DNA of 53,189 nt from a virus (Duplodnaviria > Caudoviricetes). Where the stretch lies: IMG/VR virus record IMGVR_UViG_3300013099_000025, positions 1 through 53,189 of that record, one strand, 5' to 3'. The position numbers and the translations under genes are program-made. Of this stretch, positions 19,068 through 30,167 are shown piece by piece. The notes beneath the pieces were generated by a model. The model had not been told where the DNA came from and made no database searches. It saw only the letters and a list, made by a program, of their open reading frames with translations. How positions within the stretch are numbered: the first letter of the stretch is position 1; every line of letters starts with the position of its first letter.

Positions 19068-21506
19068 CTATGATAAATCTAAAATATACATCATAGTATC
19101 AATATCGCTGGTAATATTACTCATATTTCCCATGATATTTCTTCCTGTCACCATTGTATCTTGGTTGGTAATTCCCATTTCCGATGATATATTCTGGATA
19201 TTTCCTAAAATACTATAACTAGAATCTAATATATTCATATCTGATATGTTAAGAGTAGTTTTGATATCTGTGAAATTATCAAAAATACTCACACTAGATG
19301 AAACAACATCTACTCCGGGTACATTTAATTTTGAAGCGATATTAGTTGCAGTTTTTAATAAATCCGCTGTTGAATGTAATGATACATCATAATTCCCATA
19401 TGCATTATAATTACTTTTAAATAATTCAATTCCTCCTTTAACAATAGTATTATCAGGTATACCAGTGTCAGCAACAGTTTTTTTAACACTATCAAATATT
19501 CCTAAAGCAGACGATAACATATTATTATCATCCATTCCAAATTCTCCTGATAGTTTCTTAATACTATCAACCAAATCCAAACTAGCAAAAATATCACCAT
19601 CTGCAACAGATTTGACTTTATTAACTAAATCAATCCCCGATGATAAATTAAAATCTCCAATACTTGATTTTAATTTTGTTAATAGATTAAATCCTTCATC
19701 TGGTGTCAATTTATCTGAAATTGTTCCAAGCATAGTGCCAGCAGAATGAACCAATTGATTTCCCGATAAAAATCCTCCAATATTTGATTTTAGATTTCCT
19801 AATAAACTTGTTCCCATACTTAAAGCAGAATCTGTTCCAATATTCAATTTATTTCCGATTCCAGCAATTGAGCTAAATAAATTTTTAGCTCCATCAAATG
19901 ATATAGCCATACCATTTGTTAAACTATTTTTCATAGTATCAATGAATGATAGTTTGGATGAAATGATATCTGTTATTGATAAATTACTATCTCCAGCTAT
20001 TTTAGAGATATTATCCATCAATCCTTCTCCCAGATTAAATATATCATTTTTTGGTAAATTTAAATCGAGAGCATTATCTAGTATATTTTGTAACATACTT
20101 TTTCCAATTGTTTTTATCTGATCTATATTTAAATTAGATACAATAGTGGAAGGTAATGAATCAATTAAAGATTCTAATTCTGATATGTTTATATCAGGGA
20201 AACTTGACATCAAATCTGCTAAATCAATAATACCATCTTTAAACAATTCTTTACCCATAGCTTTTGATATAATAGAACCACCAGCAAGAGCTTTTTTCAA
20301 ACTTCCTGCATTCTTAACAATATCCGTATACATTTTCTTAGTTATTTCTGGATCTGGATCTCTATTTTCTCCACCGCCACCACTCGGATCTGGTATATTA
20401 ACTGGGCCATTATCACCTGGGCCTGGTGTATCACCTGGGCCATTATCACCTGGGCCATTATCACCTGGGCCATCAGATGAAGGATTAACATATTTCAAAG
20501 TTTTATTTTCTCTCATTGCAGATAAATATGATTTCAAATTAGGTCTAGATTCATTTATACCATCTCCTTTCGAAGCCAACATAGAAGAAAATAATGAACC
20601 AAAATCAATCCGTACATCAACTATTCCCATACGTTGATTATATGCTATCTGTTGTTGATCTCCTCCTTTAATCACAGCTATATTGCTGATATAGCATGGA
20701 TTAAGATGATAGATACCGGGACATTTTATATCATGAAGAAACGGATAATTATATGTTGATCCTTCGCCATCTGTCGATATTGGAATTCCTAATAACATCA
20801 ATGCGCCGATTGGTCCAATAATATATATATTTGTAGTATCTTCACTACTTGGATCTGGATTATATAATCTGATAGTCATAGTATACGAAGGAGTGAATTG
20901 ACTATCAGACCAAATTTGTGGGAAATCTACTCTTGAACCACCAGCAATTGCATTGGCATTTCCCATGATAGAATTAGCTAAATTATTATTTGTAGCTGAT
21001 CTATTTTGTACAGCTTTATCAGCACTTCTGAGAAATTTACCAGCAACACCAGCGGCATTTCCCATCATTCCACCACCTGGCATACCTTTCGTTATATCTT
21101 TAAATGCATCCGTAACATTTGCAGCCGCATCAAATCCGGTCCTACCTCCAACTGTTTGAATTAATGTTGAAGCTTTTTTAGATAAACCATTCGAAAATTG
21201 TTGAAGAAATCCTTCAGTATATGAATTAGAAAATGAATCAGTGGGAAAACTATCTGCTAAAAAAGCTACTTTCACACCAGCATTTTCATCATGTAATTGA
21301 AATCCATGACTTCTTAACAATGCATTATATTCGTTTTTTCCTTTTGATGTATCAACTTTCATTGTTGACATACCTTTTAGGAAAGAAGGATATGCTGGTC
21401 TTATTGTAGCGACTGGCATAGAATCCATCATCTTTTCATTGATGTGTGATTCGTTATCTTCAAACATTGGAGGCATTCCAAGAATTGGTGGTAAAATGGT
21501 TGGCAT
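19068..21506 (-). CDS. putative baseplate/tail-tube junction protein with long low-complexity C-terminal extension
   Basis: FPQIWSDSQFTPSYTMTIRLYNP...YPF...PG tube-initiator-like region; follows tape measure; GPGDN linker. Confidence 0.5.
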   Translation of the reverse strand: MPTILPPILGMPPMFEDNESHINEKMMDSMPVATIRPAYPSFLKGMSTMKVDTSKGKNEYNALLRSHGFQLHDENAGVKVAFLADSFPTDSFSNSYTEGFLQQFSNGLSKKASTLIQTVGGRTGFDAAANVTDAFKDITKGMPGGGMMGNAAGVAGKFLRSADKAVQNRSATNNNLANSIMGNANAIAGGSRVDFPQIWSDSQFTPSYTMTIRLYNPDPSSEDTTNIYIIGPIGALMLLGIPISTDGEGSTYNYPFLHDIKCPGIYHLNPCYISNIAVIKGGDQQQIAYNQRMGIVDVRIDFGSLFSSMLASKGDGINESRPNLKSYLSAMRENKTLKYVNPSSDGPGDNGPGDNGPGDTPGPGDNGPVNIPDPSGGGGENRDPDPEITKKMYTDIVKNAGSLKKALAGGSIISKAMGKELFKDGIIDLADLMSSFPDINISELESLIDSLPSTIVSNLNIDQIKTIGKSMLQNILDNALDLNLPKNDIFNLGEGLMDNISKIAGDSNLSITDIISSKLSFIDTMKNSLTNGMAISFDGAKNLFSSIAGIGNKLNIGTDSALSMGTSLLGNLKSNIGGFLSGNQLVHSAGTMLGTISDKLTPDEGFNLLTKLKSSIGDFNLSSGIDLVNKVKSVADGDIFASLDLVDSIKKLSGEFGMDDNNMLSSALGIFDSVKKTVADTGIPDNTIVKGGIELFKSNYNAYGNYDVSLHSTADLLKTATNIASKLNVPGVDVVSSSVSIFDNFTDIKTTLNISDMNILDSSYSILGNIQNISSEMGITNQDTMVTGRNIMGNMSNITSDIDTMMYILDLS
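20402..20474 (-). repeat. 15-bp tandem repeat encoding a GPGDN linker
   Basis: tcacctgggccatta units; protein GPGDNGPGDNGPGDTPGPGDNGP. Confidence 0.9.
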
Positions 21507-21527
21507 TATATTTCCTCTATGTTATTT

Positions 21528-24500
21528 TTATTTGAAATTAGAAAAACAAACATCATTCATAGCTGGATCTTCTGGTGGGGAATATTTAGAAGAACCGCCA
21601 CCACCAGTTGATGTATTCTCAACATTTGACTGTTGTGAATTATCACTATTCACAATTATATTCGTCGATTGTTGAGTCATAGCTATCATCTTTCCTGTTG
21701 CTTCATCACTTGTTTTTTTATTGGATTGAATTTGTCTATCTGTTGCTCTGTCAGTATTTGTATTGATTGCATCTGTTGCTATTTGTTGTTGCTTCGCTTT
21801 ACTAGCAGCTATTGTTTCCGCAGTCATAGTCGGAGTGATACCAGCATCTGTTATTTTACCTGTTAATTTAATTTGGGCTTTATTTAATTTGGCTATTTCA
21901 ATTTGATTTCCTGATTTTTTTGCAGACTCCATTCTTTTATTTAAAGAATTCTGACCAAAGATCAATGATTTTTGATACATTGAAGCTTTTGATAAAATTT
22001 GTCGAATTGTATTTTTAGACGTATCGTTTGTCATATATGAAGTAGCTAATGATCCAACTATTCTCATATCTTTTTCTACTCGTGAATTATCTTTTATATC
22101 ATCTGGTTTGAATTTCACGAATGTTAAAGCATTTGTTAAAATTCTCCCTAATGGGAAATCTAATTTATCAGATTCAGATTTCGATATATCTTGTATATCC
22201 CTACCCTTTAAAATACTACGATATTCTTTTAAATTTTTCTGATAGTTACCAATATATTGTTTATATTGATTTCTAATAAAATTATTAGCTGGAGATATCA
22301 CATTCTTTGTAACACTTTCTTTAGCTTTATTTATTTGCTTTTTAACTGGATTTACTACATTAGTTTTGATAGAATCTCTAGTTTTTTTTAATTTATGTTC
22401 AGCTTTTATCGCTATAACTTCTCCTGAATTAACCAATTCATCTTTTTTATTTTTAGAAATTTCAACTAATTTATCCACAGTCGATTTCTTTTTCTTACCA
22501 ATCAATTCTGTATTTCTATGTTTATATTTCGCATCTGGTGAGGGAGTTGTTAATGTAGATGCTTGTTCGATGACTAGTTCTTTAGCATCATTAGCGACAT
22601 TAATTCCTGATCCAATTAAATTCTTTCCTAACTTCTTAATATCAATTTTACCCAATTCACCTTGTAGTTTCCTTACCGTACCACCTCTACTTTTTGGATC
22701 ATTTACAAATTCTTCACCAAGTTCCATGAGAGAACTTTTATGAATTTCATCATATTTGGCTTTACCCATTTTATATTGTTCTGTTTTCTTAAATTTGTTC
22801 CAAGCGTTCTTTCCTTTACCTTCGATCAATGTTTTATATATACTTACTTGATGAGCAGCATCAGATTGATTCCATTTCATTCTTTTTGTTTTAACAAATC
22901 CTTCTGCTCTAGTAGTCCATATATCCATCGTAGGAGCAATTTTATCAGTGTAATTTTGTTGAAGGATAGCTTTTGATGCATCAACTTTTCCCATAAATTC
23001 TGGATTATTGATTCTAGCGGCTCCGACTAAATTCCTTCCGATTTTTTTTGTTCCTTCCCATAATTCTGATGTAGCTTCAGAAGCTAGTTGTATTACATCG
23101 GAATTTTTTATTTTTTGTAATGTTGATTTTGCTTGTTTTGTATTTAATGGTATAGCAGCTAATCTAGAATCAGTTTTATCTTGATCTTCTTTAATTTTTT
23201 TCTCTGCCACCACTTTTGCTGCCGCCACTTTTACTACTTTTGCTGCTGATGCCGCTTCTGCTACACCGGGGCGTATAGAAGTAAAATCAAATTTATTCGC
23301 ATTTTTATCGATTGCTTGTTTATTCTTATTTGCCATTTGTTGTGTAATTAAATTCGATGATGTTTTCTGATTTTCCCAATTTGCTTTGTTTCTTTCTTTT
23401 GAGGCAATATCCAATATATCTACATCAACTAATGACATACCACCAGATTTTTTATTCTCTTTCTTCTTTCCATCGACAGCTGCTTGTGCTGATTCAGCTA
23501 TAGATTTTTTCTCTCCCGGTTTTGGTAGGAATGGTTTAGCAAAACTAGGAATAATATTATCATATAGATATTTATATATACCACTACCAACATTTGCTAA
23601 TTTATCTTTTATTTTTGTCCACGCATCAGACATAAATTTAGCAATCATGCGCCATCCATCAACTGGAAGCATTACTACTTTAGCAATTCCTTTCACGACA
23701 TTTTTTATTTTTGTTCCGATCCATTGCATCGTTTTGGCAATATTTTTCCCTCCGACATATCCAAGAATACCACCAGCAACTGCTCCGATAGCTCCACCAA
23801 TTGCTGTACCAAATGGACCACCAACCATTGTTCCAATACCGGCTCCAATCATTCCACCTTTTGTCACACCTTTCAATGCACCAGCCGCACCACCATCACC
23901 ATAACCTCCTAATGCGCCACCGATACCAGCAGCAGTTTTAGATGTTCCCCATTCTTTTGCTTTCTTAACACCGGAATATGCATCCATTCCCATCATGGCA
24001 AAACCAGCTGCACCAGCCGCAACACCAGGTTTCATCATTTTCGTTGCAATCTGTTTCCCGAATCCACTAGCTTTTACTGCTCCCCATAATCCTTTTATTC
24101 CAGATTTAGCTATGAGAACAGTTGCTATCGAACCTAATAAACTACCGATAGATAAAAAAGATGATTTGAATTTTCCAAAAATAGTACCAGCTAATTTATA
24201 CCACCATTTATCTTTATTCTTAGCTTTGAATCTTTCTTTTTCGTCAGATAAAAAAGACTTAAATGATAATCGATAACTGTTTCGCTGTAGTTTATTTCCT
24301 ATCGAATTCAAACTAATTAATTGATCAAATTTTAATACCAATCGATCTGTTATGTTATCTTGACCAGTGCCTTGTTTATAATGCGCTTTTTGAATTCTTT
24401 TTTCAGCTATTTTCGATCCATGTAAACCTCCCATTGTATCGTCCATAATTGATTTTCCAAAATCACTGGCAGATTTAGCTGATCCTACGGCAAGATTTTT

Positions 24501-26075
24501 TGACATCAATACAGCTTTTACCATATTCGGATGTTGTTGTTTTGCTAATTCGAAATTTTCATTTGTTCTATCAGAAAAATCTTGATTGAATTGATTTTTC
24601 TTATATTTCTTTAAATTTTTCTTATATAGTTTAGCATCTTTTCTATCTTGTATTATTTTTTTCCGGTCAGACATTTCACTATCTAACGAACCAAATTTCT
24701 TTTCTTTCCATTTAGATACTTTCCAATCAGCCATTCTACCGGGATGATCTTTATCTGTATAAAAATCATCCTGATGCATTCTTTTATCTGCATCAGTGAC
24801 ACCAACTTCAATCGCATCTATTGCAGCTTTCTTATTTCTAGAAACAGATTTTTGTGCAATAATTTTTAGAAGTTTGACTTGAGTATGACCGATCTGAACT
24901 TGTTTCTCTAATAAATCTTTCGATGTAACTACATATTTTTCATATTCAGGCATCTCTCTAGCAGAGGAAATTTTATCTTTTATTTTTCCAAATATCTTAG
25001 AGATAGATGGCATAAATGAATATTTAGTACTCGCTATATTCGTCGGATCTTCGCCAGCTATACCGCTCTGACTGGTGATATACTGATTCCATAGATTATA
25101 TTGTTGTTTCAAATGATGCGTAATGTTATCAAGTCGATACATACTATCGACATAAATCATATCTAAAACAGCGGCAGTATGTTCAGCAGTTCCTTTTCCT
25201 TTAGGAAGTTTACTTTCATAGCCTCCTCTTGATCTAGTTGCCCATTTGTAAATTCTATACGGTGTCATCATTCCACCATATAATTCTTTCACTGTAGCCA
25301 ATGTTTCTCTGAGAAAACCATGCTCCATCATCAATCTATCCGAGACTAATTTAAAAACAGATTGTTCTCCAGATATTGATCTGTTCATATCCAACAATGC
25401 TTTCAACATTTTTTCTTGAATTGACATTGTTGTTTCATCACTAGCAATCTTATATGCACGAATGGCTGAACTGATCAGACCTTTCTTTTTCTCATCTTCA
25501 CCGAATCTAGATTGGAAATGACTATCTTGATCTACATTCAATGTTTTCAAACTACTTTGACGAATAGCCGCACCAATAAAACTAGTGATACTAGCTTTCC
25601 ACTTCTTACCATCTTCTTTTCCCAATCTCTTTGCATCATACGATTCACTATTAGACATATCTAGATCAATCTTTTTAAGTGAAGCTTTTCCAAATTTATT
25701 ATTTAAAATATTATAAATTTTCTTAACATTCTTATCTATTGATAACACAGCTGACGCAGTTGATTTGACACTGGTAGATGTTCTCTCACTTCTAATTTTT
25801 GATTTTTCTTGGCGTAATTGTCTCGCTCTATCAGGTATTGATGTGTGTTGTGCAACGGAATTTTTATTTCTTTCGCCAGCTAATTTAGTCGCTAATATAA
25901 TTGCTTTATTAGAAGAGATAACTAAATCATTTATACTTTTTTGTGTTTTCTTATTTATTCCGTATGATAATTTATTCGATTTACTATCTTGTACTTTCGA
26001 TTTAAAATTTTTAGAATTTTGCGCTAAATTATTAAATGAAATATTTCCAAGATCTTCTGATAGCTTTTTAGCCAT
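21528..26075 (-). CDS. tail tape measure protein
   Basis: 1515 aa, Lys/Ala-rich, central glycine-zipper hydrophobic region (GAGIGTMVGGPFGTAIGGAIGAVAGG), typical Ser/Asn-rich tail. Confidence 0.75.
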   Translation of the reverse strand: MAKKLSEDLGNISFNNLAQNSKNFKSKVQDSKSNKLSYGINKKTQKSINDLVISSNKAIILATKLAGERNKNSVAQHTSIPDRARQLRQEKSKIRSERTSTSVKSTASAVLSIDKNVKKIYNILNNKFGKASLKKIDLDMSNSESYDAKRLGKEDGKKWKASITSFIGAAIRQSSLKTLNVDQDSHFQSRFGEDEKKKGLISSAIRAYKIASDETTMSIQEKMLKALLDMNRSISGEQSVFKLVSDRLMMEHGFLRETLATVKELYGGMMTPYRIYKWATRSRGGYESKLPKGKGTAEHTAAVLDMIYVDSMYRLDNITHHLKQQYNLWNQYITSQSGIAGEDPTNIASTKYSFMPSISKIFGKIKDKISSAREMPEYEKYVVTSKDLLEKQVQIGHTQVKLLKIIAQKSVSRNKKAAIDAIEVGVTDADKRMHQDDFYTDKDHPGRMADWKVSKWKEKKFGSLDSEMSDRKKIIQDRKDAKLYKKNLKKYKKNQFNQDFSDRTNENFELAKQQHPNMVKAVLMSKNLAVGSAKSASDFGKSIMDDTMGGLHGSKIAEKRIQKAHYKQGTGQDNITDRLVLKFDQLISLNSIGNKLQRNSYRLSFKSFLSDEKERFKAKNKDKWWYKLAGTIFGKFKSSFLSIGSLLGSIATVLIAKSGIKGLWGAVKASGFGKQIATKMMKPGVAAGAAGFAMMGMDAYSGVKKAKEWGTSKTAAGIGGALGGYGDGGAAGALKGVTKGGMIGAGIGTMVGGPFGTAIGGAIGAVAGGILGYVGGKNIAKTMQWIGTKIKNVVKGIAKVVMLPVDGWRMIAKFMSDAWTKIKDKLANVGSGIYKYLYDNIIPSFAKPFLPKPGEKKSIAESAQAAVDGKKKENKKSGGMSLVDVDILDIASKERNKANWENQKTSSNLITQQMANKNKQAIDKNANKFDFTSIRPGVAEAASAAKVVKVAAAKVVAEKKIKEDQDKTDSRLAAIPLNTKQAKSTLQKIKNSDVIQLASEATSELWEGTKKIGRNLVGAARINNPEFMGKVDASKAILQQNYTDKIAPTMDIWTTRAEGFVKTKRMKWNQSDAAHQVSIYKTLIEGKGKNAWNKFKKTEQYKMGKAKYDEIHKSSLMELGEEFVNDPKSRGGTVRKLQGELGKIDIKKLGKNLIGSGINVANDAKELVIEQASTLTTPSPDAKYKHRNTELIGKKKKSTVDKLVEISKNKKDELVNSGEVIAIKAEHKLKKTRDSIKTNVVNPVKKQINKAKESVTKNVISPANNFIRNQYKQYIGNYQKNLKEYRSILKGRDIQDISKSESDKLDFPLGRILTNALTFVKFKPDDIKDNSRVEKDMRIVGSLATSYMTNDTSKNTIRQILSKASMYQKSLIFGQNSLNKRMESAKKSGNQIEIAKLNKAQIKLTGKITDAGITPTMTAETIAASKAKQQQIATDAINTNTDRATDRQIQSNKKTSDEATGKMIAMTQQSTNIIVNSDNSQQSNVENTSTGGGGSSKYSPPEDPAMNDVCFSNFK

Positions 26076-27002
26076 TTATTTCACCTTAATCATAGACATA
26101 GCTTTAGTTATCTTATTTGCTGATATCCTTAACTCTGAGAAAACAGCAGCAATTTCTGATGGGAAAATTAATTCCTGAATTGCTAATGTGTCAGCATCAT
26201 TATTGGATATAGCTGGATATGTTTGTTGAAGGCATTTCATGATATATTGACATGCTGGATCTTCAACAGCTTTGATTATTCCAGATATTCCGTAATTAAC
26301 AAACATGGTAATTAACTTTTTATATCCATCCTGAACTAAACCAACTAATTCTTTTTCTATTTTAAATTTAACTAAAACATTATGAAAAATTTGAAATCCT
26401 TTTTTATAAACAGCTGTCTGTAAATCTTTACCATTTATTTCTGATGCGTGAAAGATTTTAATATATGCATCTACATCTTTAGCAATTAATTTTGTCGATG
26501 CAGTGGATATTTTTTTATCTGCTAGTACATGAAAAAATACATTATAAAAATGTGCGTATTCGTTGTAATATAATGATAAAAATTTACCTTTCCCATGTGC
26601 AGCTGCCATATGCATACATTCATGAATAGTCAATCTGCCTAACCATTTATCAGAAGAAAATCCGAACGTAGTGTTATTTTCAATCAATAAAAATATTCTA
26701 TTTTCATCTGGAGTATAGAAAGCCCTGATTCCATCCATAGCATGACCAAATATTTTCGTAAAAGAATATGATAACAATCCTTTCGTCAAATATGCTGGTG
26801 TCAATAATTGTTTATCAATCATTCTCTCTAAGAATTTATATGATGGAGAGGTTAATGGATTCTTAGCCAATGACATTTTATATCTATCAACTAGGACATT
26901 AGACGAATACAATTTTAATTTATCATCTAATACAGCTACCAATTGTGGATTAACTGGTACTGCAAATAATTCTTTTAATAAATCTTTCTCTGTTAAAATC
27001 AT
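26076..27002 (-). CDS. putative zinc metallopeptidase (HExxH)
   Basis: AFYTP...IFL followed by TIHECMH. Confidence 0.6.
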   Translation of the reverse strand: MILTEKDLLKELFAVPVNPQLVAVLDDKLKLYSSNVLVDRYKMSLAKNPLTSPSYKFLERMIDKQLLTPAYLTKGLLSYSFTKIFGHAMDGIRAFYTPDENRIFLLIENNTTFGFSSDKWLGRLTIHECMHMAAAHGKGKFLSLYYNEYAHFYNVFFHVLADKKISTASTKLIAKDVDAYIKIFHASEINGKDLQTAVYKKGFQIFHNVLVKFKIEKELVGLVQDGYKKLITMFVNYGISGIIKAVEDPACQYIMKCLQQTYPAISNNDADTLAIQELIFPSEIAAVFSELRISANKITKAMSMIKVK

Positions 27003-27034
27003 TTGTATATACCTTATAAAATTAAATTATTCTT

Positions 27035-27048
27035 CAATTATATGTTCC
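27035..27048 (-). promoter_or_regulatory. putative late promoter GGAACATATAATTG
   Basis: Exact motif on the minus strand upstream of 27002. Confidence 0.7.
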
Positions 27049-28709
27049 TAGTTTAAAAATTCAAACGTGTCGATATTGGAGGTATTTGAATGTTTATTTA
27101 AGTATTCGTGAATGTTTTGTGAAACTAATTTTTCTGTTGATTGTGGGCTTTCTAATCCAGTATATACATCATCATTCATTCCCATTATTGCAGCGAATTC
27201 ATCATTAGCTTGAGGGTCAACATCTAACATCAATGGTGGATTATATTTTCTTACATAACAACCAAATGCCAATGACATCGCAATATCATCATTACAATTT
27301 GTATCAGCTTCCACTTTACCATTTTTCTTTTCAACCAATCCAATTAATTCCATAGCCATTCTCTTAGATTTAACAATGGATGGATCTTCAGTTACCATTG
27401 AATACAATGCATCAATCATTAACGGTCTTGTTTTCGATGATGTCGTCAAACCAGCTTTCATTACTCCTCCTGCTGTCGTTTCCTTGTATACTCTAATTGA
27501 ATGAGGAGATCTTTCCATGAATTCAACTATCTGTGTTCCATATGAATTATTCTCTATTACAATTGGACCAGATGCGAAAACTGTTGCTACATATAAAACA
27601 ACTTTACCAAAATCTGTGACAGGACATTTCCCTTGATATTCCCATACCAATTCAAATGTTATGTAATCATAAACGGATATAGCTGAATAATCTGTCCCGT
27701 GTTCAGAGGCAGTATCCACACATATCATATAAGGTTTACCTTTTATATATCTCTTAAATTCGTAAACAGTTCCATTGAACATTTTCCTTTCATTGTATTT
27801 TATATCTTTCACTTGTTCTTGAAGCAATGCACATATTTTATCATCGAAAAATGCACCAGATGAAGGTAAGAAAACTAATTCTAATTCCTGTTTGATTTTC
27901 CTTTCATCATTATCAAACAACATGCATTGTTGTTTAAACCAATCTGGATCAGATGCCAACTCTTTAATATCACGCCAATGAATAACCATTGGTGTAAGTA
28001 AACTATTTCCAGAAATTGCATTAGTATATTGTCTATAATAAAATGCTCCAACACCAGATGTTTTATTTGGTGTGGATAGAATAATTGTCCCATAAGGAAC
28101 ACCAGCTTTTTTCGCATGTTTCTGATTTGTCGATAAAGCTGGAACCATTGATGTCCATGCATCATCGATATGTTCAATAAATGCTGCTTCATCGATCACT
28201 AGAAATGTTATGGCTTTACCACGTAATGTTTTACCGGGAGCTTTTGGATTAACTGTAGCTGCATAACATTTAGAACCATTTGTCAAAATGAAAGATTGTT
28301 CAGATCTTTTAGCGAATCCTGCTTGATTTGAATTTCCACCGGATGGTTTAATCCAAGTTGGTAATTTATCAATCATACCAGAAATAGTTCTTGCGAATGT
28401 AGTTGCTTCTGGTCCATCTTTCGAAACAATTCCTACGACAACATTGGGAAAGAAAACTAATAACCACGTACAATATGCTTGTAATGTAGTTGATATTCCT
28501 ACTTGGCGAGATTTCAAAACAATAGCATGTTTCTTATCTTCTAAAATATCAATCAATGTTTTCTGCAATTCATACATATCGAATTTAACATCACCGCCTG
28601 GTAATTCTAACAATATATATTTTGCACAAAAATAATGAAATGATTTCTTACATTTTAGAAATTCTTCTAAATATTTTTGTTTTTTAGATATTGCTTTTTG
28701 TTTAGCCAT
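27048..28709 (-). CDS. terL: terminase large subunit (T4 gp17-like)
   Basis: KSRQVGIST Walker A, LVIDEAAF Walker B, LSTPN motif III, nuclease VDTA / IENNSYG / DDIAMS. Confidence 0.95.
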   Translation of the reverse strand: MAKQKAISKKQKYLEEFLKCKKSFHYFCAKYILLELPGGDVKFDMYELQKTLIDILEDKKHAIVLKSRQVGISTTLQAYCTWLLVFFPNVVVGIVSKDGPEATTFARTISGMIDKLPTWIKPSGGNSNQAGFAKRSEQSFILTNGSKCYAATVNPKAPGKTLRGKAITFLVIDEAAFIEHIDDAWTSMVPALSTNQKHAKKAGVPYGTIILSTPNKTSGVGAFYYRQYTNAISGNSLLTPMVIHWRDIKELASDPDWFKQQCMLFDNDERKIKQELELVFLPSSGAFFDDKICALLQEQVKDIKYNERKMFNGTVYEFKRYIKGKPYMICVDTASEHGTDYSAISVYDYITFELVWEYQGKCPVTDFGKVVLYVATVFASGPIVIENNSYGTQIVEFMERSPHSIRVYKETTAGGVMKAGLTTSSKTRPLMIDALYSMVTEDPSIVKSKRMAMELIGLVEKKNGKVEADTNCNDDIAMSLAFGCYVRKYNPPLMLDVDPQANDEFAAIMGMNDDVYTGLESPQSTEKLVSQNIHEYLNKHSNTSNIDTFEFLN

Positions 28710-28710
28710 T

Positions 28711-30099
28711 TTATAATATTTTTCCCCATGTCGGACGAACTAATCTAAGTTTGGCTGTAGATTTCCATCCAGCATTGTCTCTTCGTAATATAATATTAGA
28801 GGAAAATAAAATATATTTTCCGTTAATATCATCATAATCACTCGTCTTAGATTCAAATTTTACTGGCTGACCAATATTCATAAATAAATGTAAAGGGAAA
28901 AGTCTTTCCACATTTACACTTATTTGAGACATATTAAATGTTGATTTATTCAATTTAGCAGATAACCAATATTCGTCTTGGATAGCTCCCATCTCTCCAG
29001 ATAATTCTTTCTGGGGATGATTATCAATATCTTTATTATGGCAAATGTGGTCTGATATATATATATTTCTCTTTCTTATACTTTCAGATATATATGGATC
29101 ACTTTCAGAATTAAAATAGATATTTTTTGATATATAATTTTCCATATTCACATTATCGATTCTGTGAAATTTATCTACTGGTTTTTGGATATAATGATTA
29201 TCAACACCAAGAGCAGAAAATGCTGTATTTGCCATATATTTTGTACTGATATCAGAGTAAATAAAATAATCTTTAAAATTTCCTTCGTCGAAATTGTTTA
29301 TATATTTTGCATTGTCTGCATCATCATTAGCTAAATGAATTATATTGAAGGTTGCTTTATCATGTAATAATCTATCAGTTATATTCATCAAATTATAATT
29401 AATTACTTTATCTCCTAAATTTTCGTCTGGTATTCCTATCGAAGCATAAAATATTCCGAAACCATCATATAAACCAAATTCATTCAATAAATAATCACAA
29501 TGATTTTTCAATACCGTCGGAGGTAAAATAATTTGATCGATATTTATTGTATTCGCTCCTCTATAATCATATTTCAATTGAAATGATGTATCTATTCCTT
29601 CTTTATCTATTTCATCTTTAGCAAATAATAATAAATCAATCATTATCTGTTGAATATGTTGATTTTTATATATGCGATTTATATTAAATGTCATCATTCT
29701 ATAAGCATGTTCAGGAATAGCTTTTATTGTATATGGTCTTTGATCATGCAATGAATCAGTTTTACCAGATCCTAATAATTGATTCGATATTGGAATATCG
29801 TAATCACCAGATAAAAAAAGTAAATCGACACTAAAAACATCTACTTTATCTACACCATTTTCTTCTTTTAGATGGATAGATAATTGTATTATTTCATGCC
29901 CAAGAATTTTATTTTGAATCATTTCAATCGGTTTAATATTCATTTTAAACATAAATATTGGATATGAACCGTTGAATGATGAAACGATTTGCATACTTTG
30001 AACATCTGATTCATAATCATTTTCACCGATAATAACTTCTATTGTAAAACCAGTATCAATCTGTAATAACTTTTTGCCTCCGTCTATAGGTATAGCCAT
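28711..30099 (-). CDS. putative baseplate hub protein (gp27-like)
   Basis: C-terminal IGQPV...GKYIL...WKSTAKLRLVR pattern; position. Confidence 0.5.
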   Translation of the reverse strand: MAIPIDGGKKLLQIDTGFTIEVIIGENDYESDVQSMQIVSSFNGSYPIFMFKMNIKPIEMIQNKILGHEIIQLSIHLKEENGVDKVDVFSVDLLFLSGDYDIPISNQLLGSGKTDSLHDQRPYTIKAIPEHAYRMMTFNINRIYKNQHIQQIMIDLLLFAKDEIDKEGIDTSFQLKYDYRGANTINIDQIILPPTVLKNHCDYLLNEFGLYDGFGIFYASIGIPDENLGDKVINYNLMNITDRLLHDKATFNIIHLANDDADNAKYINNFDEGNFKDYFIYSDISTKYMANTAFSALGVDNHYIQKPVDKFHRIDNVNMENYISKNIYFNSESDPYISESIRKRNIYISDHICHNKDIDNHPQKELSGEMGAIQDEYWLSAKLNKSTFNMSQISVNVERLFPLHLFMNIGQPVKFESKTSDYDDINGKYILFSSNIILRRDNAGWKSTAKLRLVRPTWGKIL

Positions 30100-30118
30100 G
30101 AATTATTGCCTCATCTTG

Positions 30119-30132
30119 GGAACATATAATTG
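30119..30132 (+). promoter_or_regulatory. putative late promoter GGAACATATAATTG
   Basis: Exact motif upstream of 30168. Confidence 0.7.
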
Positions 30133-30167
30133 AAATAATTTATAATATAAAATTAAAAGGTAAAATT

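Noticed and set aside
19465-26178. Plus-strand ORFs (19465, 20146, 22366, 23386, 23995, 25765 etc.) and similar antisense ORFs elsewhere
   Set aside because: Shadow frames opposite long genuine genes, with no SD or recognisable motifs
4523-30099. Tailocin / extracellular contractile injection system
   Set aside because: Terminase, RNAP and many small phage early genes indicate a true phage; capsid and portal are presumably outside the window
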